Origin: Octopus sinensis
Taxonomy: Eukaryota
Reading direction: 5' to 3'
Assembly: GCF_006345805.1 (NCBI RefSeq)
Contig: NC_043016.1
Location: 20,212,001-20,276,000 of the forward strand
DNA: 64,000 nucleotides
Notes under the pieces: generated by a model
What the model was told of the DNA's origin: nothing
The model's input: only the letters and a program-made list of their open reading frames with translations
Database searches by the model: none
Translations under genes and position numbers: made by a program
In this document: in pieces, positions 37,130-50,215 of the stretch
How the letters are laid out: every line of letters starts with the position of its first letter
How positions within the stretch are numbered: position 1 is the first letter of the stretch

Positions 37130-38000
37130 GAGGAGGACATTTGTTGCCAGGTCTTCTTGGATGAAGATCACTATTTCTCCTTGTTTCTGTATTCTGTAGT
37201 CAGTTCTGAGTAGTACATAACCTGCCATATGTACATATAAACTTCCACAACCAATATGTCTGGGGTCAGGTGCATCTCATTCAGTGCTGCACATATTGTC
37301 TTTTCGTTGTACAAGGTCTCTCTTGCTTTTGTTAGATTTGTGACATGTAATGACCTTGTATATTCAGCATTATTATTGAGTTGTGCTTGTGGGTCAATGA
37401 CAGTAATGGTGTAGTTGTGCACTGGGGTAATAGCAGTGGTTGGTGCTGTATGTGAACTAGAAGTTTTTTTAATTTCTTTTGCCAGATTTATCATCGCTAT
37501 TAAAGAAATTTCTTGTTTTGGGAGGGGTTGTTGTCTGGAGTTAGTATGGTTGCACTGCTGAATATGGTTATAGTTATATGGTTTGTGGTTATTGATTTTA
37601 CTATTGTACCAAGTAGATATCTGGGTGACTTCTGGATTTCAATTCAAGTATGGACTATCACTACCACTATAAGGGATGTTTCTACTGTGGATTTGGTGGT
37701 GGTTTAGTATCATGCTTTTATTAGTACATCATGTCCCTGGGAGATGAGTGAAAGGACAGTCACACATCAGACATAATCTTTCTTGTTAGGAATAGGAACA
37801 GATTTTAGGATTCCAGGTTACATGTGTAGAAGTTATTAAGTGTGATTTAGCATTTAGTAGTGGTGGGGTTGTTGTAAGATGTATGGTTTGGTGTTGGCTG
37901 GTATTCCTTGTGCACATTGCATATCTTGTTCCAGGTAAATGGGTGAAGCTACAATCACTGGTTATGAATAGTCTCACGCATTGAAAATAGCAGCATATTT
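37130..38000 (-). pseudogene. Degenerate ORF, possibly a LINE ORF1-like region
   Basis: Two C-x-F-x-H motifs (CSFTHLP, CPFTHLP) followed by ORF 37171-37494; A/C-rich coding-like strand bias. Unassigned. Confidence 0.3.
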
Positions 38001-38368
38001 TGTGGTTTTGTGTGTTCATAATTTATTTTATTTACAGTTGGCAGATTTATTGGACAGTGGTGGGAGGAGAAAACAGTAGTTCTTCACTAATTGAAGTAGT
38101 AGTAGTGGTAATGGTAGTAGCAGTAGAATAGTTTGACAATGGTGATGATAAGTCTCGTATTATTCTGAGAAAAAATTTGAGTGGCCTGACTGCAGAGAAG
38201 AGCTAGAGACTGTGTTGTTTAATAGGGCATCAATTGTTCTAGCATTGAAGAGTGACTTCCAATGCTGGTCTTGTTGTTGCTATTCTTTAGTTGCAGTAAA
38301 GGGTAATAGCAGTAGAACATAATGACAATGATGATGATGGGTCACTTGTGGTATTTTGAGGAAATGAG

Positions 38369-38599
38369 GTGGCGAGCTGGCAGAGACGTTAGCGCGCCGG
38401 GCGAAAAGGCGTAGCCGTATTTCGTCTGCTGTTACGTTCTAAGTTCAAATTCCGCCGAGGTTGACTTTACCTTTCATCCTTTCGGGGTCGATAAATTAAG
38501 TACCAGTTACGCACTGGAGTCGATGTAATCGACTTAATCCCTTTGTCTGTCCTTGTTTGTCCCCTCTATGTTTAGCCCCTTGTGGGCACTAAAGAAATA
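38369..38599 (+). mobile_element. Family-A SINE with 17-bp TSD
   Basis: TSD tattttgaggaaatgag on both sides. Confidence 0.93.
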
Positions 38600-38849
38600 T
38601 ATTTTGAGGAAATGAGAAAGTGGATAGCTGAACTGTGAAGGGCTCTTTATTTAACAGTTCATCATTTGTGCTAGTATTGAGGAGTGGCCATGGTTGTTGT
38701 TGTTATATGTATATGTGTATATATATATATATAATTTTAATTTTAATGTTGAGGATGCTTTAGTTCAGTAATATGTCTTTCTATGGATTTTGGGGGTTTT
38801 CTTTTTATATATTTTAGTTCTTTATTCTTGTTTTCTAAGCCTGGGAAAG

Positions 38850-39175
38850 GAAAGAAGTGCAATAGTGAATTTTGCACCCTCACAAAACTCACCCTCTGTT
38901 CCTGTACCCTCGCATTCAGCACAGCTTGTGCAGCAGTTTTTGGCCAACCACAACATTCCCAAGGTCCAACGACAACTATATTCCTGATACCTCGCTCCTT
39001 GTGACATTTTCCTGTTTCCAGAAATCAAAATCCAACTTGAGAGGGATGCGATGAGGCAACTGCTCACTATTTCCACCCCAACCCCCACACACACAAAAGT
39101 AGTTCTTGGGATGCTTCCATCTATGTGGCTTCAGAATGAGACTACTTCTTCAAAGGATTTTAAATGGCAAATTGA
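38850..39175 (+). mobile_element. Mariner transposase C-terminal remnant
   Basis: HSAQLVQQFLANHNIPKV..LAPCDIFLFPEIK. Confidence 0.8.
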
Positions 39176-39392
39176 TATATGTTGTAGCTTTTTTTTTTTT
39201 TTTTATAGCACGAGTTCTGATACTTTTGATCAGATCTCATAAGCATTTCCTTCGAACCTTCATTTCATACTTCAAAAAAATATTCAGACAGTGGATATTC
39301 AAAAGAAAAGCAGGTTTGATTTACTGGTTGATGATCAGAAACAAGAGACTCCGAGTACTGGAAATCAGAGCCTTTTAGTTATAACGTGTGTT

Positions 39393-39438
<46 letters not shown>

Positions 39439-40332
39439 TGTGTGTTTCTGTGCGTGTGCATGAGTATGTGTGTGAGCGTGCTCATGTGCATGCTTGCGTG
39501 TATATGTATATGAATGTCTGTATGATTTCTCGTAATTTGTTTTCTTCTTTCTTTCTTGGCATACTTTATAAATTAACTTGTAGGGATTTGAACCCCCAAA
39601 CACAAGACATTCAGTTAGCGATTATGAGTAAGCACCCACTCAGTTTCACTTGATTGATTTATAAATCAACTAAAACAACAGGAAACCGAGGTATGATATG
39701 GTTCTTTGGATGATCTAAAATTCACCCTGTTTTTACCCTCCAAAAACCCGATTGGCACCTAACTTAGTCAGACAACTTTGGACATTCATGTAGACCATCT
39801 TGGGCACTCACAGAAGGCAAATGCTAAGAGGAGATCACTTTTGGCACTCAAACTGACCATATCAAGTTAGAAAAGACTTTGGAGACTCACACATAATGTA
39901 GCCTAGCTAACCTTCTCCAAGATACAGCAGGATTCTCTCCTCCCAGTTGGTAGTTATAGATCAGCATGTTTCTCCTGTAAATAGTCAATACAGTAAAACA
40001 TGTCCATCAATAAATATATTAAAGGTTAAAAGTTTGCAAGTTTACTTCATTTATTATACATGCAGCCAGGCAGACCACACGATGATGGTCTTCAATGATA
40101 AAACACACTAACAAGCAATTGCCACTACAATGGTGAATAAACAGTCTTGCAACAAATTCTTCCAAAATTTTAAGCTCCTCAGTTCTCAATGAGCTATAGG
40201 TGAAACGGAATATTTTGTTGAAATAACAATTATGTTTGTGTATGTATGTGTGCTTGTGTATATGTATGTATGTATGTATGTATGTATAAAGGCGGCGAGC
40301 TGGCGGAATCGTTAGCACACAGGGCAAAATGC

Positions 40333-40335
<3 letters not shown>

Positions 40336-40364
<29 letters not shown>

Positions 40365-41955
40365 TGTGTACAGTGCTCAAGTGCACTACAACTCATCTAA
40401 AGTGTATATATAATCAGGTGTAGTTTCGACGGATTTCGGGAAGCATGAGGGCCTTAAAGGATGCAGTGTCATGGCAGTCAACACCTGATGCAGGCAGTTT
40501 ATTCCACGCTTCAGCAACCTGAGCGTGAAAAAATGTTTCCGAAAGTCATGGGAGCTGTGCTGTTTTCTGACTTTGTAGGCATGTCCACGTGTGTTAGACA
40601 CATGGAGATCAAAAAGGTGTTCAGTGTTGTTGTTGGTGAGGTGGTTGATAACCTTGTGGGTGTTTACCAAGTCCGTCGCTAGACGCCGGAGCTTCAGTGA
40701 ATCCATGCCCAGGGAAACAAGGCGCTCAGAATATGGTAGGTGTCTGATGGAGGGTATGCGTTTGGTTGCACGTCTCTGGACAGATTCCAGGAGGTCAATG
40801 TTCTGAGCAAGATAGGGATTCCAAACTGATGATGCGAATTCCAAGTGTGGTCGTACCATAGCTGTATACAGTTTTAAATAGATGGCTGGAGAGCGGCTAA
40901 CAAAAGTCTTGCTGAGTGATGCCAAGACACCCTCGGCCTTCTTGACAATTTTAGAGATATGCTTTGTCCAACGCAAATCACTGCTGACAGTGATGCCTAG
41001 GTCACGCTCGCAAGAGGATTTCTTGATATCAGTGTTGTGGAGGGAGTATGTGGACGCAGGGTTTTTTCTCCCAAAATGCATGGTGGTACACTTGTCCACA
41101 GCCAGTTTCAGTTGCCAGTCTGTGATCCATTGCTGCATTGTGTCTAGGTCTGATTGCAGGAAAGAGTTGTAGACATCAGGATCAGTCCTCTTGATTTCAA
41201 GGTACAGCTTGATGTCGTCTGCATATTTCAATACTGTGGCATTCTTTAAATTGGCATCTATGTCATTAATGTATGCCACAAACAGGAGGGGACCAAGGAC
41301 AGATCCCTGTGGTACACCCGATGACATCTCATATGGTGTAGAGTGCTGTCCTAGAACTGTGACTACCTCCTTTCGGCTGAGGATGAAGGATTTCAACCAG
41401 TTAAAAAGGTCATCCCCCACACCCATTGCAGAGAGTTTCACCATAAGCCTTTTGTGTGGCACAGAGTTGAAAGCCTTAGCAAGTCAAGGTAGACAACATC
41501 CACCCATGAGCCACTGTCAGTGATCTGAGTAATGTCCTCAAGGAACTCGACAAGCTGGTCACTGCAGCTGGAGTTAGGGACAAATCCATATTGTGAGGGT
41601 CGGATGAGACTGTGAGAGCTCCAGAAGTTCCAGAGTGTTTCTCTGACACACGATTCCATCAGTTTTGCAATACAGCTAGTGAGACTGACTGGGCAATAGT
41701 TGACAGGTGATGTGCGGTCACCCTTTTTGAACAGAGGAATGACACTGGCAGTTTTCCACTGCTCCGGAGTAGCACCATTGTTGAGACAGTACTGGAAGAA
41801 AATAGAAAGCTGGTGTAAAAGGAAGTGCCTGCCACGTTTGAGAAGCAGGTATGTAACTCCATCGAGACCAGGGGAGGCATAGTTGCGCTTATTTTGAAGG
41901 TGACATCGCAGCATTGCAGGTGTAAATTCCATAGTTGTTATGGAGTTTGCTGTTA
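40336..41955 (-). mobile_element. CR1-clade LINE, 5'-truncated, RT domain; inserted in a family-A SINE
   Basis: SPGLDG, WKTASVIPLFKKG, QYGFVP, GVPQGSVLGPLLF, KYADDIKLY, MVRPHLEFASSVW; frameshift near 41450; (ATT)n tail. SINE halves at 40291-40335 and 41956-41995. Confidence 0.95.
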
Positions 41956-42370
41956 GCAGCATTTCGTCTGCCGCTACGTTCTGAGTTCAAATTCAACAGT
42001 TAATAATAATCAGAGAAGAGAGATAAGGTAGATTATAAGTGAAGGGGCAGAGAAAGCATTGTGTAGGTAGGAATTGTCAGTGGTTACCAAAGAAAAACAG
42101 ATAAAGGTGATGCAGACAATGGGGTTATCAGACAAGGATATGTGTCAGTAGAGTGGGAGAGGTATGTACAGTGTACTGGTAAAAGAGGGAGGAGAAGAGT
42201 TAGAGAATAACATTAGTTAGAAGCAAGAATTTTAAAAAAACTTAAAACAATTATAAAATTATAAAAAGGTGTAGGCTAGATCTTATGGTAGAATTATAAA
42301 GATTTTAGTGAAGGTTTTGTAGATCATTTGTCTGCACATAGAAATTATGTTAGGAAAGCAATTTAATATA

Positions 42371-42606
42371 TATTTCTTTATTGCTTACAAGGGGCTAAAC
42401 ACAGAGGGGACAAACAAGGACAGACAAATGGATTAAGTTGATTACATTGAACTCCAGTGCGAAACTGGTACTTTATTTATCGACCCTGAAAGGATGAAAG
42501 GCAAAGTCGACCTCGGTGGAATTTGAACTCAGAACGTAACGACAGACGAATTACTGCTAAGCATTTCGCCCAGCGCGCTAACGTTTCTGCCAGCTCACCA
42601 CCTTTT
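42371..42606 (-). mobile_element. Family-A SINE with 17-bp TSD
   Basis: TSD gaaagcaatttaatata (42354-42370 / 42607-42623). Confidence 0.93.
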
Positions 42607-42916
42607 GAAAGCAATTTAATATAACCTCATTGTGGTGCAATATAGTGAATGACACTTTGCAGCAGAACTGACAGTCTGTTTGATATCCCCTGAAGGGAAT
42701 TCAACCACAAACTACAAACCATAACATGTTATAGGATATACCCTCAGCCTTGAGGTGGTGTCTGAGGGTGATGAAGAAGGTAGATTATTTTGAAGCACTA
42801 TTAGAGAGAGAGTTCAGATGTGAATGATAATGTGGCTGAAAAGGAATGGTGCCACCCTTGTAGTCTCTGGTGGAGTGGATCTGTGAGGTGATGACAGTAC
42901 ATTTATAATTAACATT

Positions 42917-43269
42917 CGGTCGGTCAGTCAGGACCCCCTTCGGTCACGACACTGACCATGGGATTGCACCTAGAAAGCTACCCTCCTAGTCACAAGTCCG
43001 GGCAAGGTGGTTTTTATGGAAGACCAGTAGTCACCCATGCAAACCGGCCTCCCTTCTTTTAGCCACCAGTGTTATCCAATGGAAAGATAAAGGCCGATAC
43101 AGCTTGGCACTCATGATGTTACAACTCATTTTTACAGCTGAGTTAACTGGAGCAACGTGAAATAAAGTGTCTTGCTCAAGAACACAACACACAGCCCGGT
43201 CCGGGATTTGAGCTCACAACCTCACGATCGTAAGCTCGACGCTCTAACCACTGAACCATGCACCTTCAC
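42917..43269 (-). mobile_element. Family-E SINE with 12-bp TSD
   Basis: TSD ataattaacatt (42905-42916 / 43270-43281); tRNA-like head gtggttagagcgtcgagc..gagctcaaatccc. Confidence 0.88.
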
Positions 43270-43608
43270 ATAATTAACATTATAGCATAAGCAACTACCA
43301 CTCAAAGATCAGTTACCAGGTCCTCTGAAATTGTATGTTTTGTTATAGTGGGTTAAAGGTAGTCAATTATTAGTCGTATAACGGTTAGTAAAGTTAGCAC
43401 ATTAGTCCTATTAAAAGAACCAAGAGTATTGGTGCCACTGTTATTTAGACATCTGGCATGGTGTAAATCAGGGTTATTGCCAATATAGATAGAAGGACCC
43501 AGTTTATTACAGTTGGTGCTAATAGCATTTACTCTGGGGTCATGGTTTCTTACATTACCAAGATTAGCACTTTGATAATCAACAGCAGTGTTCACTACAA
43601 AAGAGATA

Positions 43609-44123
43609 TCTATATATATAAAACTGCAGTTGTGTGAGTGTCTGTCTCCTACGATTTAGATTCCTAACTCCTCCCACATTTTGCGGTGCAGTTTAACCAA
43701 ATTCGGGTATCTTATAGTCGTGATTCATATCGAGCCCGTCTGAGTATTAGCGCGCGTCTACAATGAGTCTACGGTTTTAAAAATAATTTATCATCATTTT
43801 TTATTCCATTTTAATGCATAATTTTTCGTGTGTCGATGGCGGCGGAGTTGGCGTCCACGCTCAAACACCTGCACCTGTTTGCTTCTCCCCCTTCTTCCCT
43901 CCCTCATGAAGCTGTGGGGAAGGGAGTGTAAGGAAATCAACATCGTAAAGTGTTGTCAAGGAGACCAGTGTTCTTTTAGAACAACGACTTCATGGCTTGA
44001 AGACACCAAAACAGAAATGGCTAAGAAAGCCCGAATTGGCATCTATAAAGGAAGTAACTCTCTAAAAATGCTTATATAGTTATTTCCCTTACAAACCCGA
44101 GCAACGCCGGGCGATACTGCTAG
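43609..44123 (+). mobile_element. Non-autonomous Helitron (family H2)
   Basis: A|TCtatatatataaaa start; cccgagcaacgccggg hairpin; CTAG|T end. Confidence 0.88.
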
Positions 44124-44404
44124 TTGTTAGATATGATAGTCGTTATTAGGAATGTTACATTCAGGAATACATTTATAGTACCATTAGGAGTATTATGGCC
44201 ACAGGAGTTGTGGTGGTCATATTCCCTAAACTGTAGTCACTTGGGTTGATGTTGCTTACGCAACAAACCTTTGGGTTGGCAGGGTTACATAGTTCATAAG
44301 GTCTCTATCAATGGCAGAAGTAGTGTGCTGTGTGGTGTTAGTGGAGTTAGAAAGATTAATGAGTGTAGAAGAGTATCTATCAATATGACAAATAAATAAC
44401 TTAA

Positions 44405-44871
44405 CCCTTTCGTTACCAACCCGGCTGAAACTGGCTCTGGCTCTGAGTACAAATGTCTTGTTTTCATAAGTTTTGAATTAAAATCTTCCACCAAACCTTA
44501 GTCACAATTTATGTTCCTAACACTAGCTGAATGATAACTAAGTTATTTTACTAAATTCTGTCTTATATTTAAAATTAATTGAAAGAAACACAGAGCATCT
44601 CAACAGAAATACTGTAACAAAAGCGTTAAAATATATAATAGAGAAACAATTCTTAACCCTTTTGATACTAACCTGGCTGAAACTGGCTCTGTAGTACAAA
44701 TGTCTTGTTTTCATAAGTTTTGAATTAAAATCTTCCACCAAACCTTAGTCACAATTTATGTTCCTAACCCTAGCTGAATGATAACTAAGTTATTTTACTA
44801 AATTCTTTGCGATATTTAAAATAATTGAAAGAAACACAGAACATCTCAAAATAAATACAGTAATGAAAGGG
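44405..44871 (+). mobile_element. Two tandem piggyBac-type MITEs (44405-44625 and 44657-44871)
   Basis: Each is bounded by TTAA and by CCCTTT..TAC / GTA..AAAG(G/C)G TIRs. Confidence 0.9.
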
Positions 44872-46182
44872 TTAATTTGATTTTCAGTCTAATATAGGAG
44901 ACATAGGAAATCTACTCAGAGAATCCACAGGGGGCCTGGTTGTAGTATGGGACATGATTGTTAAGAATGTCTTCATCAATGGCGAAGTGGAGATTCTAAT
45001 GGAAATACCTTTGATGCTGCTATTTAAAATGGATTTGGAGTAATTAGAATGGACATTAATATATTGTAGGGATTCAGTAGGTTTCTTGTAGAGGTAGATT
45101 GTAGAGATTCATTAGGTTTATGGTAGGGGTAATATAAACTAAATTCTAATGCTATTTTCAAAGGAGATAAATTATAGTTTTTAAAGAATTTATGGGGAGC
45201 TTTGTAGGTATGCTCAATGCCCAGCTTTGAGCCTCCTAGTTGATGCAAAGAGAGTATCATCCCTAATATAGATATCCATAAAACTCAGGGAAGTGTTCAA
45301 TAATTTGAGATAGGAGGAATAAGCCCACCAGGTTAGTTATTCTGGCCGAATCCAAGGAGCCCATCGTGATATCAAGTAGTTGATAGTGGAGTTTTAGAAC
45401 CAATCATCATAATCATTTAATATCCATCTTCCATGCAGGCATAGGTAGGACTGTTGACATGAGCTGGCCCGGTAGAAAAACTAGCCTAGGCTACTGTGTC
45501 TATTTTGGCTGGATTTTTATGGCCGGGAGCCTTTCTGAACACCAACCACTCTGTAGAGTGGACTCAGTGCGTTTTACATGACACTAGCTCAGGTGAGGCT
45601 AGTTTCGGCATGATTTTTACAGCTGGAATAGCTAAGATTTTTTGACTGCTATTTCTAAACTTCGGTATGTGGAGAAGCAAATCTTTGCTGAACCCTAATT
45701 ATAAAGTATTACTTAAGCTTACCATGAAATGGTCTTTTTCATGCCGAATTCTACTTGGTGAAATTACTGATTACTTCTTAATTAATTAATTTTACCCTTT
45801 GTTATTATATTTATATATATATATATTATATATATAAACACACCATCTTCCACATTAAATTCCCTGCTAAATTGCTGTTATATTGAGTTTAAATATTCTA
45901 GTATTGCATTCAATACTACAAAAGTTTCAAGATGAATTTTTAAAATCTGGTTCTATACTTTTATCATATTCAAAGAGAAACAACTGATAGCACAGTCAAT
46001 GGATGATTACTTCCCTTTATATATCTTAATAAATACACACAATAATCCTTTAACTATCGCGGGTATTACGTAACACCCCGTGCTGGGTGAAAATCTACGA
46101 AGTAGAAACAGTACTGTATATTTCTTTTATTATCTTTATAATTTGTATATATTTATTTTATCATTTTGATATATTTTAGCTT

Positions 46183-46604
46183 GGATCTTTCCGGTTTGAA
46201 CGGCAGTTTTTTCTAGCGGTGTCATATGAAATTGTCACCCATAATTATGACCCTAGTATCGATCTATTGCATTTCAATCTGTTTTAGGGTTAGGGTTAGG
46301 AGTGGGGGGAAGGGTATCTTTTTTCTTCACAAATGTAAATAAACCCAATCTGTTTCTTAAACGAGGGACATATTCATACAGCGCAGAATGTTTTTTTTTT
46401 TACCTCAATGGACGTCAATGATTGGTTGAAATTGCAGAAATTGAAGAAAAAAAAACAACAAATATCTTACAAACTATAGAATTTTCTCAATAAAGCCAAG
46501 AGAAAAATATATTTTATAAACACATTCTACCAGTATACGAAGTTTAAAATTTTTTAGTTACCTAGAAATTATGTTAAAAACTGCCGTTTAAACAAAAAAG
46601 ATCC
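46183..46604. mobile_element. MITE with GGATCT termini
   Basis: TIRs ggatctttccggtttgaacggcagttttt / aaaaactgccgtttaaacaaaaaagatcc; 10-bp TSD attttagctt / attttatctt. Confidence 0.85.
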
Positions 46605-46876
46605 ATTTTATCTTTTATAAACTCTTCCACAGGAGTACCTGTCTCTTCTCGTTTTTGCAGGTGAGGAATAGTGATAGGCAGTTGCTGGTGTTACCTTTTC
46701 TTCTGTGTAAGGAGGTTTTTATAAACTTCCATGGCTCCATCAATTGCATTTCTGAACCGAAATGCTTGAATCATCTGTGAGTCTCAATCTTCTGCCATTC
46801 TCTGAAGTTCTTTTGCCATTACTTAATGTGTTATACTGTGTGGTGCAGTACTGTACTGTATTATTATTTGTTATAG

Positions 46877-47105
46877 GGCAGTGAGCTGGCAGAAACGCTA
46901 GCACACCGGGCGAAATGCGTAGCCGTATTTCGTCTGTCGCTACGTTGTGAGTTCAAATTCCACCGAGGTTGACTTTGCCTTTCATCCTTTCGGTGTCGAT
47001 TAAATAAGTACCAGTTACGCACTGGGGTCGATGTAAGCGACTTAATGTTTGTCTGTCCTTGTTTGTCCCCTCTATGTTTAGCTCCTTGTGGGTAATAAAG
47101 AAATA
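46877..47105 (+). mobile_element. Family-A SINE with 13-bp TSD
   Basis: TSD tgtattattattt. Confidence 0.9.
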
Positions 47106-47730
47106 TGTATTATTATTTATTAATTTAATTTTAGGCATGAAAATGCATATTTTACCACAGAAATAATTGAAATCTAAAAAAATATAAATACCTATCAGCT
47201 GCAGAAAGCCTGCAGTATATTGAGGAGTCTGCAATATAAATTTACATGTATTAACCAGAAAAATCTGCGATGTACTGGGGGTGCGATTGGTGAACTGCAA
47301 TATGGTGAGTGATTACTGTATATAATTAAATCATGCCATTCAAGTTTTCACATCACGCTCTGGTCATATTCAATTATGCAGTGTCATTCATACTCGAAAC
47401 TGAATAAATGCAGATTTTTCTGGGAGAAACCAGTGGCACCAGTGAAGGAGCATTGCAAAACTTAATCCCAAAATATTTGTCCTCCTATCTGATGTTGCAT
47501 AATTATTCTTTCAATTCATTACTAATGTGAGAAATGAAAAGTATATGGCTTTCCCTATTTTTCAGAATGTCAGTCATATTTTAGTATATATGACCAACTG
47601 ACCGAGTAAATAGGCATATACTTTTCCTCTTTTTATTCTATTTCTACACTTTTTCCCTTCTTAACACTAAAATGGAACTAATCATTTATCCCTTTCATCT
47701 CAGTCTCTCTCAGTCTGAGTATATATACAT

Positions 47731-47761
<31 letters not shown>

Positions 47762-47762
47762 T

Positions 47763-48083
47763 CATCATCATCATCGTTTAATGTCCGCTTTCCATGCTAG
47801 CATGGGTTGGACGGTTTGACTGAGGATTGGTGAACCAGATGGCTGCACCAGGCTTCAATCTTGATCTGACAGAGTTTCTACAGCTTGATGCCCTTCCTAA
47901 CGCCAACCACTCTGAGAGTGTAGTAGGTGCTTTTGCATGCCACCGGCACTGGGGCCAGTCAGGCGGTACTGGCAACGACCTCACTCGAATCTTTTTACAC
48001 ATGCCAACGGCACAAGTGCCAGTAAGGCGAAACTGGTAACGATCCCGCTCGAATGGTGCCTCTTACATGCCACCGGCATGGAA

Positions 48084-48121
<38 letters not shown>

Positions 48122-48540
48122 GTATAGAGAAAATCACATCTTTAATTGTTGAATTCCCCTTCCAAAGCCAATAATTGTTTCTCTTGCATGAACATGCAAA
48201 AAAAATTATCATTCAAACTAATATGTCAGAAATTTAATATGTCCTGAATACATGTTCACACAAGCATAATTTTTCTAAAAAAGTTTACTACATTTAATAA
48301 ATAGATAACTAATTGTCATGGTGTAGAATCATTATGTTCCTAATTGTCGTAACATAGAATTCATTATCATGATCATCATCGTTTAAAGTCCGTTTTCCAT
48401 GCTAGCATGGGTTGGACGATTTGACTGTGGGCTGGCGAACCAGATGGCTGCACCAGGCTTCAATCTTGATCTGGCAGAGTTTCTACAGCTGGATGCCCTT
48501 CCTAACGCCAACCACTCCGAGAGTGTAGTGGATGCTTTAT
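47763..48540 (-). mobile_element. Two RTE 3' tail copies (47763-48086 and 48365-48540)
   Basis: (cat)n cgtttaa.gtccg.tttccatgctagcatgggttggacg..gatgcccttcctaacgccaaccactc. Confidence 0.88.
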
Positions 48541-48800
48541 TTTTTATTCTTTTGTTATTCATAGTTGAATATAAAAATAGCTTTTCTTAGATTATATTTC
48601 TTCTTAACATTCTTTTTGTATGCATATATGTACTGGAGATATTTTCTTACTTCACTAATTTTGGATTACTTTGAAAACGTGTTAACATAGATTTTCAGGT
48701 ATATTAATTTGAATGATATTTTCTGTATCTAAATATGTTGACACAACAATTATCAGCTTTGTAGAGTGAATTCTACAATTAAAGATGTGATTTCCTCTCT

Positions 48801-49199
48801 TACTCTATTTACTCTTTTACTTGTTTCAGTCATTTGACTGTGGCCATACTGGAGCACCACCTTTAGTCAAGCAAATCGACCCCAGGACTTATTCTTTGTA
48901 AGCCTAGTACTTATTCTATCGGTCTCTTTTGCTGAACCGCTAAGTTACAGGGACGTAAACACACCAGCATCGGTTGTCAAGCGATGTTGGGGGACAAACA
49001 CAGACACACAAACACATACATATATGTACATAAATACGACGGGCTTCTTTCAGTTTCCGTCTACCAAATCCACTCACAAGGCTTTGGTCGGCCCGAGGCT
49101 ATAGTAGAAGATACTTGCCCAAGGTGCCATGTATTGGGACTGAACCCAGAACCATGTGGTCGGTAATCAAGCTACTTACCACACAGCCACTGCTATGCC
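48801..49199 (-). mobile_element. Family-B SINE, full length
   Basis: Matches 16711-17131. Confidence 0.92.
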
Positions 49200-49845
49200 T
49201 CTCTGTATTTTTGTTGTATAATGCTGTGAATTTTGTTGAAATTCTTCTAAATGATGTTTGGAGCTCTTTGTCATACATAAGGAATTACCTTGGATGTGTA
49301 TTCTTCATGCATTTATTGGTGTCTGTTTGTTTGATATAGTTAACCAGATTCATTTGAAACTGAATGCTTTATTGATGTCTGCCTGGGTTTATAAATCCCT
49401 TTTTCCTTCTTATGCATGTATATAATTTGTGGAATTCATTTGAATCAAGATATATTAATATTAAGGACTCCAAGTCAGGGTTAATATCTGCACATTCATG
49501 TATATACCATATACAAACACACCCATATATACCCATGCATATACAGACATAATCATACACTTATACATACATGTACGTGTACATGAATATACACATATAT
49601 ATTAGTATACATGTACATGAAATTATGTATCCATGCACACTGGCATGCAATTTCATGATCCAACATAGGGAAGGTTCCAGGTTTGGTGTTTGCACAATGA
49701 AAGAACACAAATGGGTCAAGGTTCACTATAGCTGCTTCACTCCCTTTGATGTTGCCAAAGTGAGGGGGTCAATCCATATTCCACATTTTGGTATTCTTTC
49801 TCTGAACCAAATTAAAAATTTTTTAATTCACTTGAAGAGAACGAT

Positions 49846-50215
49846 CGCTTCCCAAACACATGGTTCCGGGTTCAGTCCCACTGCGTGGCACCTTGGGCAA
49901 GTGTCTTCTACTATAGCCCCAAGCTGACCAAAGCCTTGTGAGGGTATTTGGTAGACGGAAACTGAAACAAACCCATCGTATATGTATATATATGTGTGTG
50001 TGTGTGTGTATGTATTTGTGTATCTGTGTTTGTACCTCCATACCATCGTTTGACACCAATGTTGATGAATTTACATCCCTGTAACTTAGCAGTTTGGCAA
50101 AAGAGACTGACAGAATAAGTACTAGGCTTATAAAGAATAAATCCTGGGATCGATTTGTTCAACTAAAGGTGGTGCTCCAGCTTGGCCACAGTCAAATGAT
50201 TGAAACAAGTAAAAT
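49846..50215 (+). mobile_element. Family-B SINE, inverted relative to 48801-49199
   Basis: gggttcagtcccactgcgtggcaccttgggcaagtgtcttctac..gattgaaacaagtaaaa. Confidence 0.9.

Larger units (their letters stand above)
42300..45420 (-). mobile_element. Penelope-like element (RT to GIY-YIG), decayed, with five nested insertions
   Basis: ITMGSLDSARITNLVGLFLL..RDD (RT, 45420-45250); YYPYHKPN and NNHVPYYNQA (thumb); FNRTNV; IYKCTV..CQFC..ILN..IISMCR (EN, 43340-42310). Confidence 0.75.
46040..47318 (-). mobile_element. Tigger/pogo remnant hosting a MITE and a SINE
   Basis: Degenerate TIRs caataatcctttaactatcgcgg / ctgcaatatggtgagtgattactg|TA; minus-strand C-terminus AKELQRMAED..FRNAIDGAMEVYKNLL..QQLPIT. 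Confidence 0.7.

Noticed and set aside
40461-41882. Plus-strand ORFs overlapping the CR1 element
   Set aside because: Antisense shadows of the minus-strand RT frame.
46283-46300. TTAGGG repeats suggesting an interstitial telomere
   Set aside because: Only about three units, internal to a TSD-flanked MITE.
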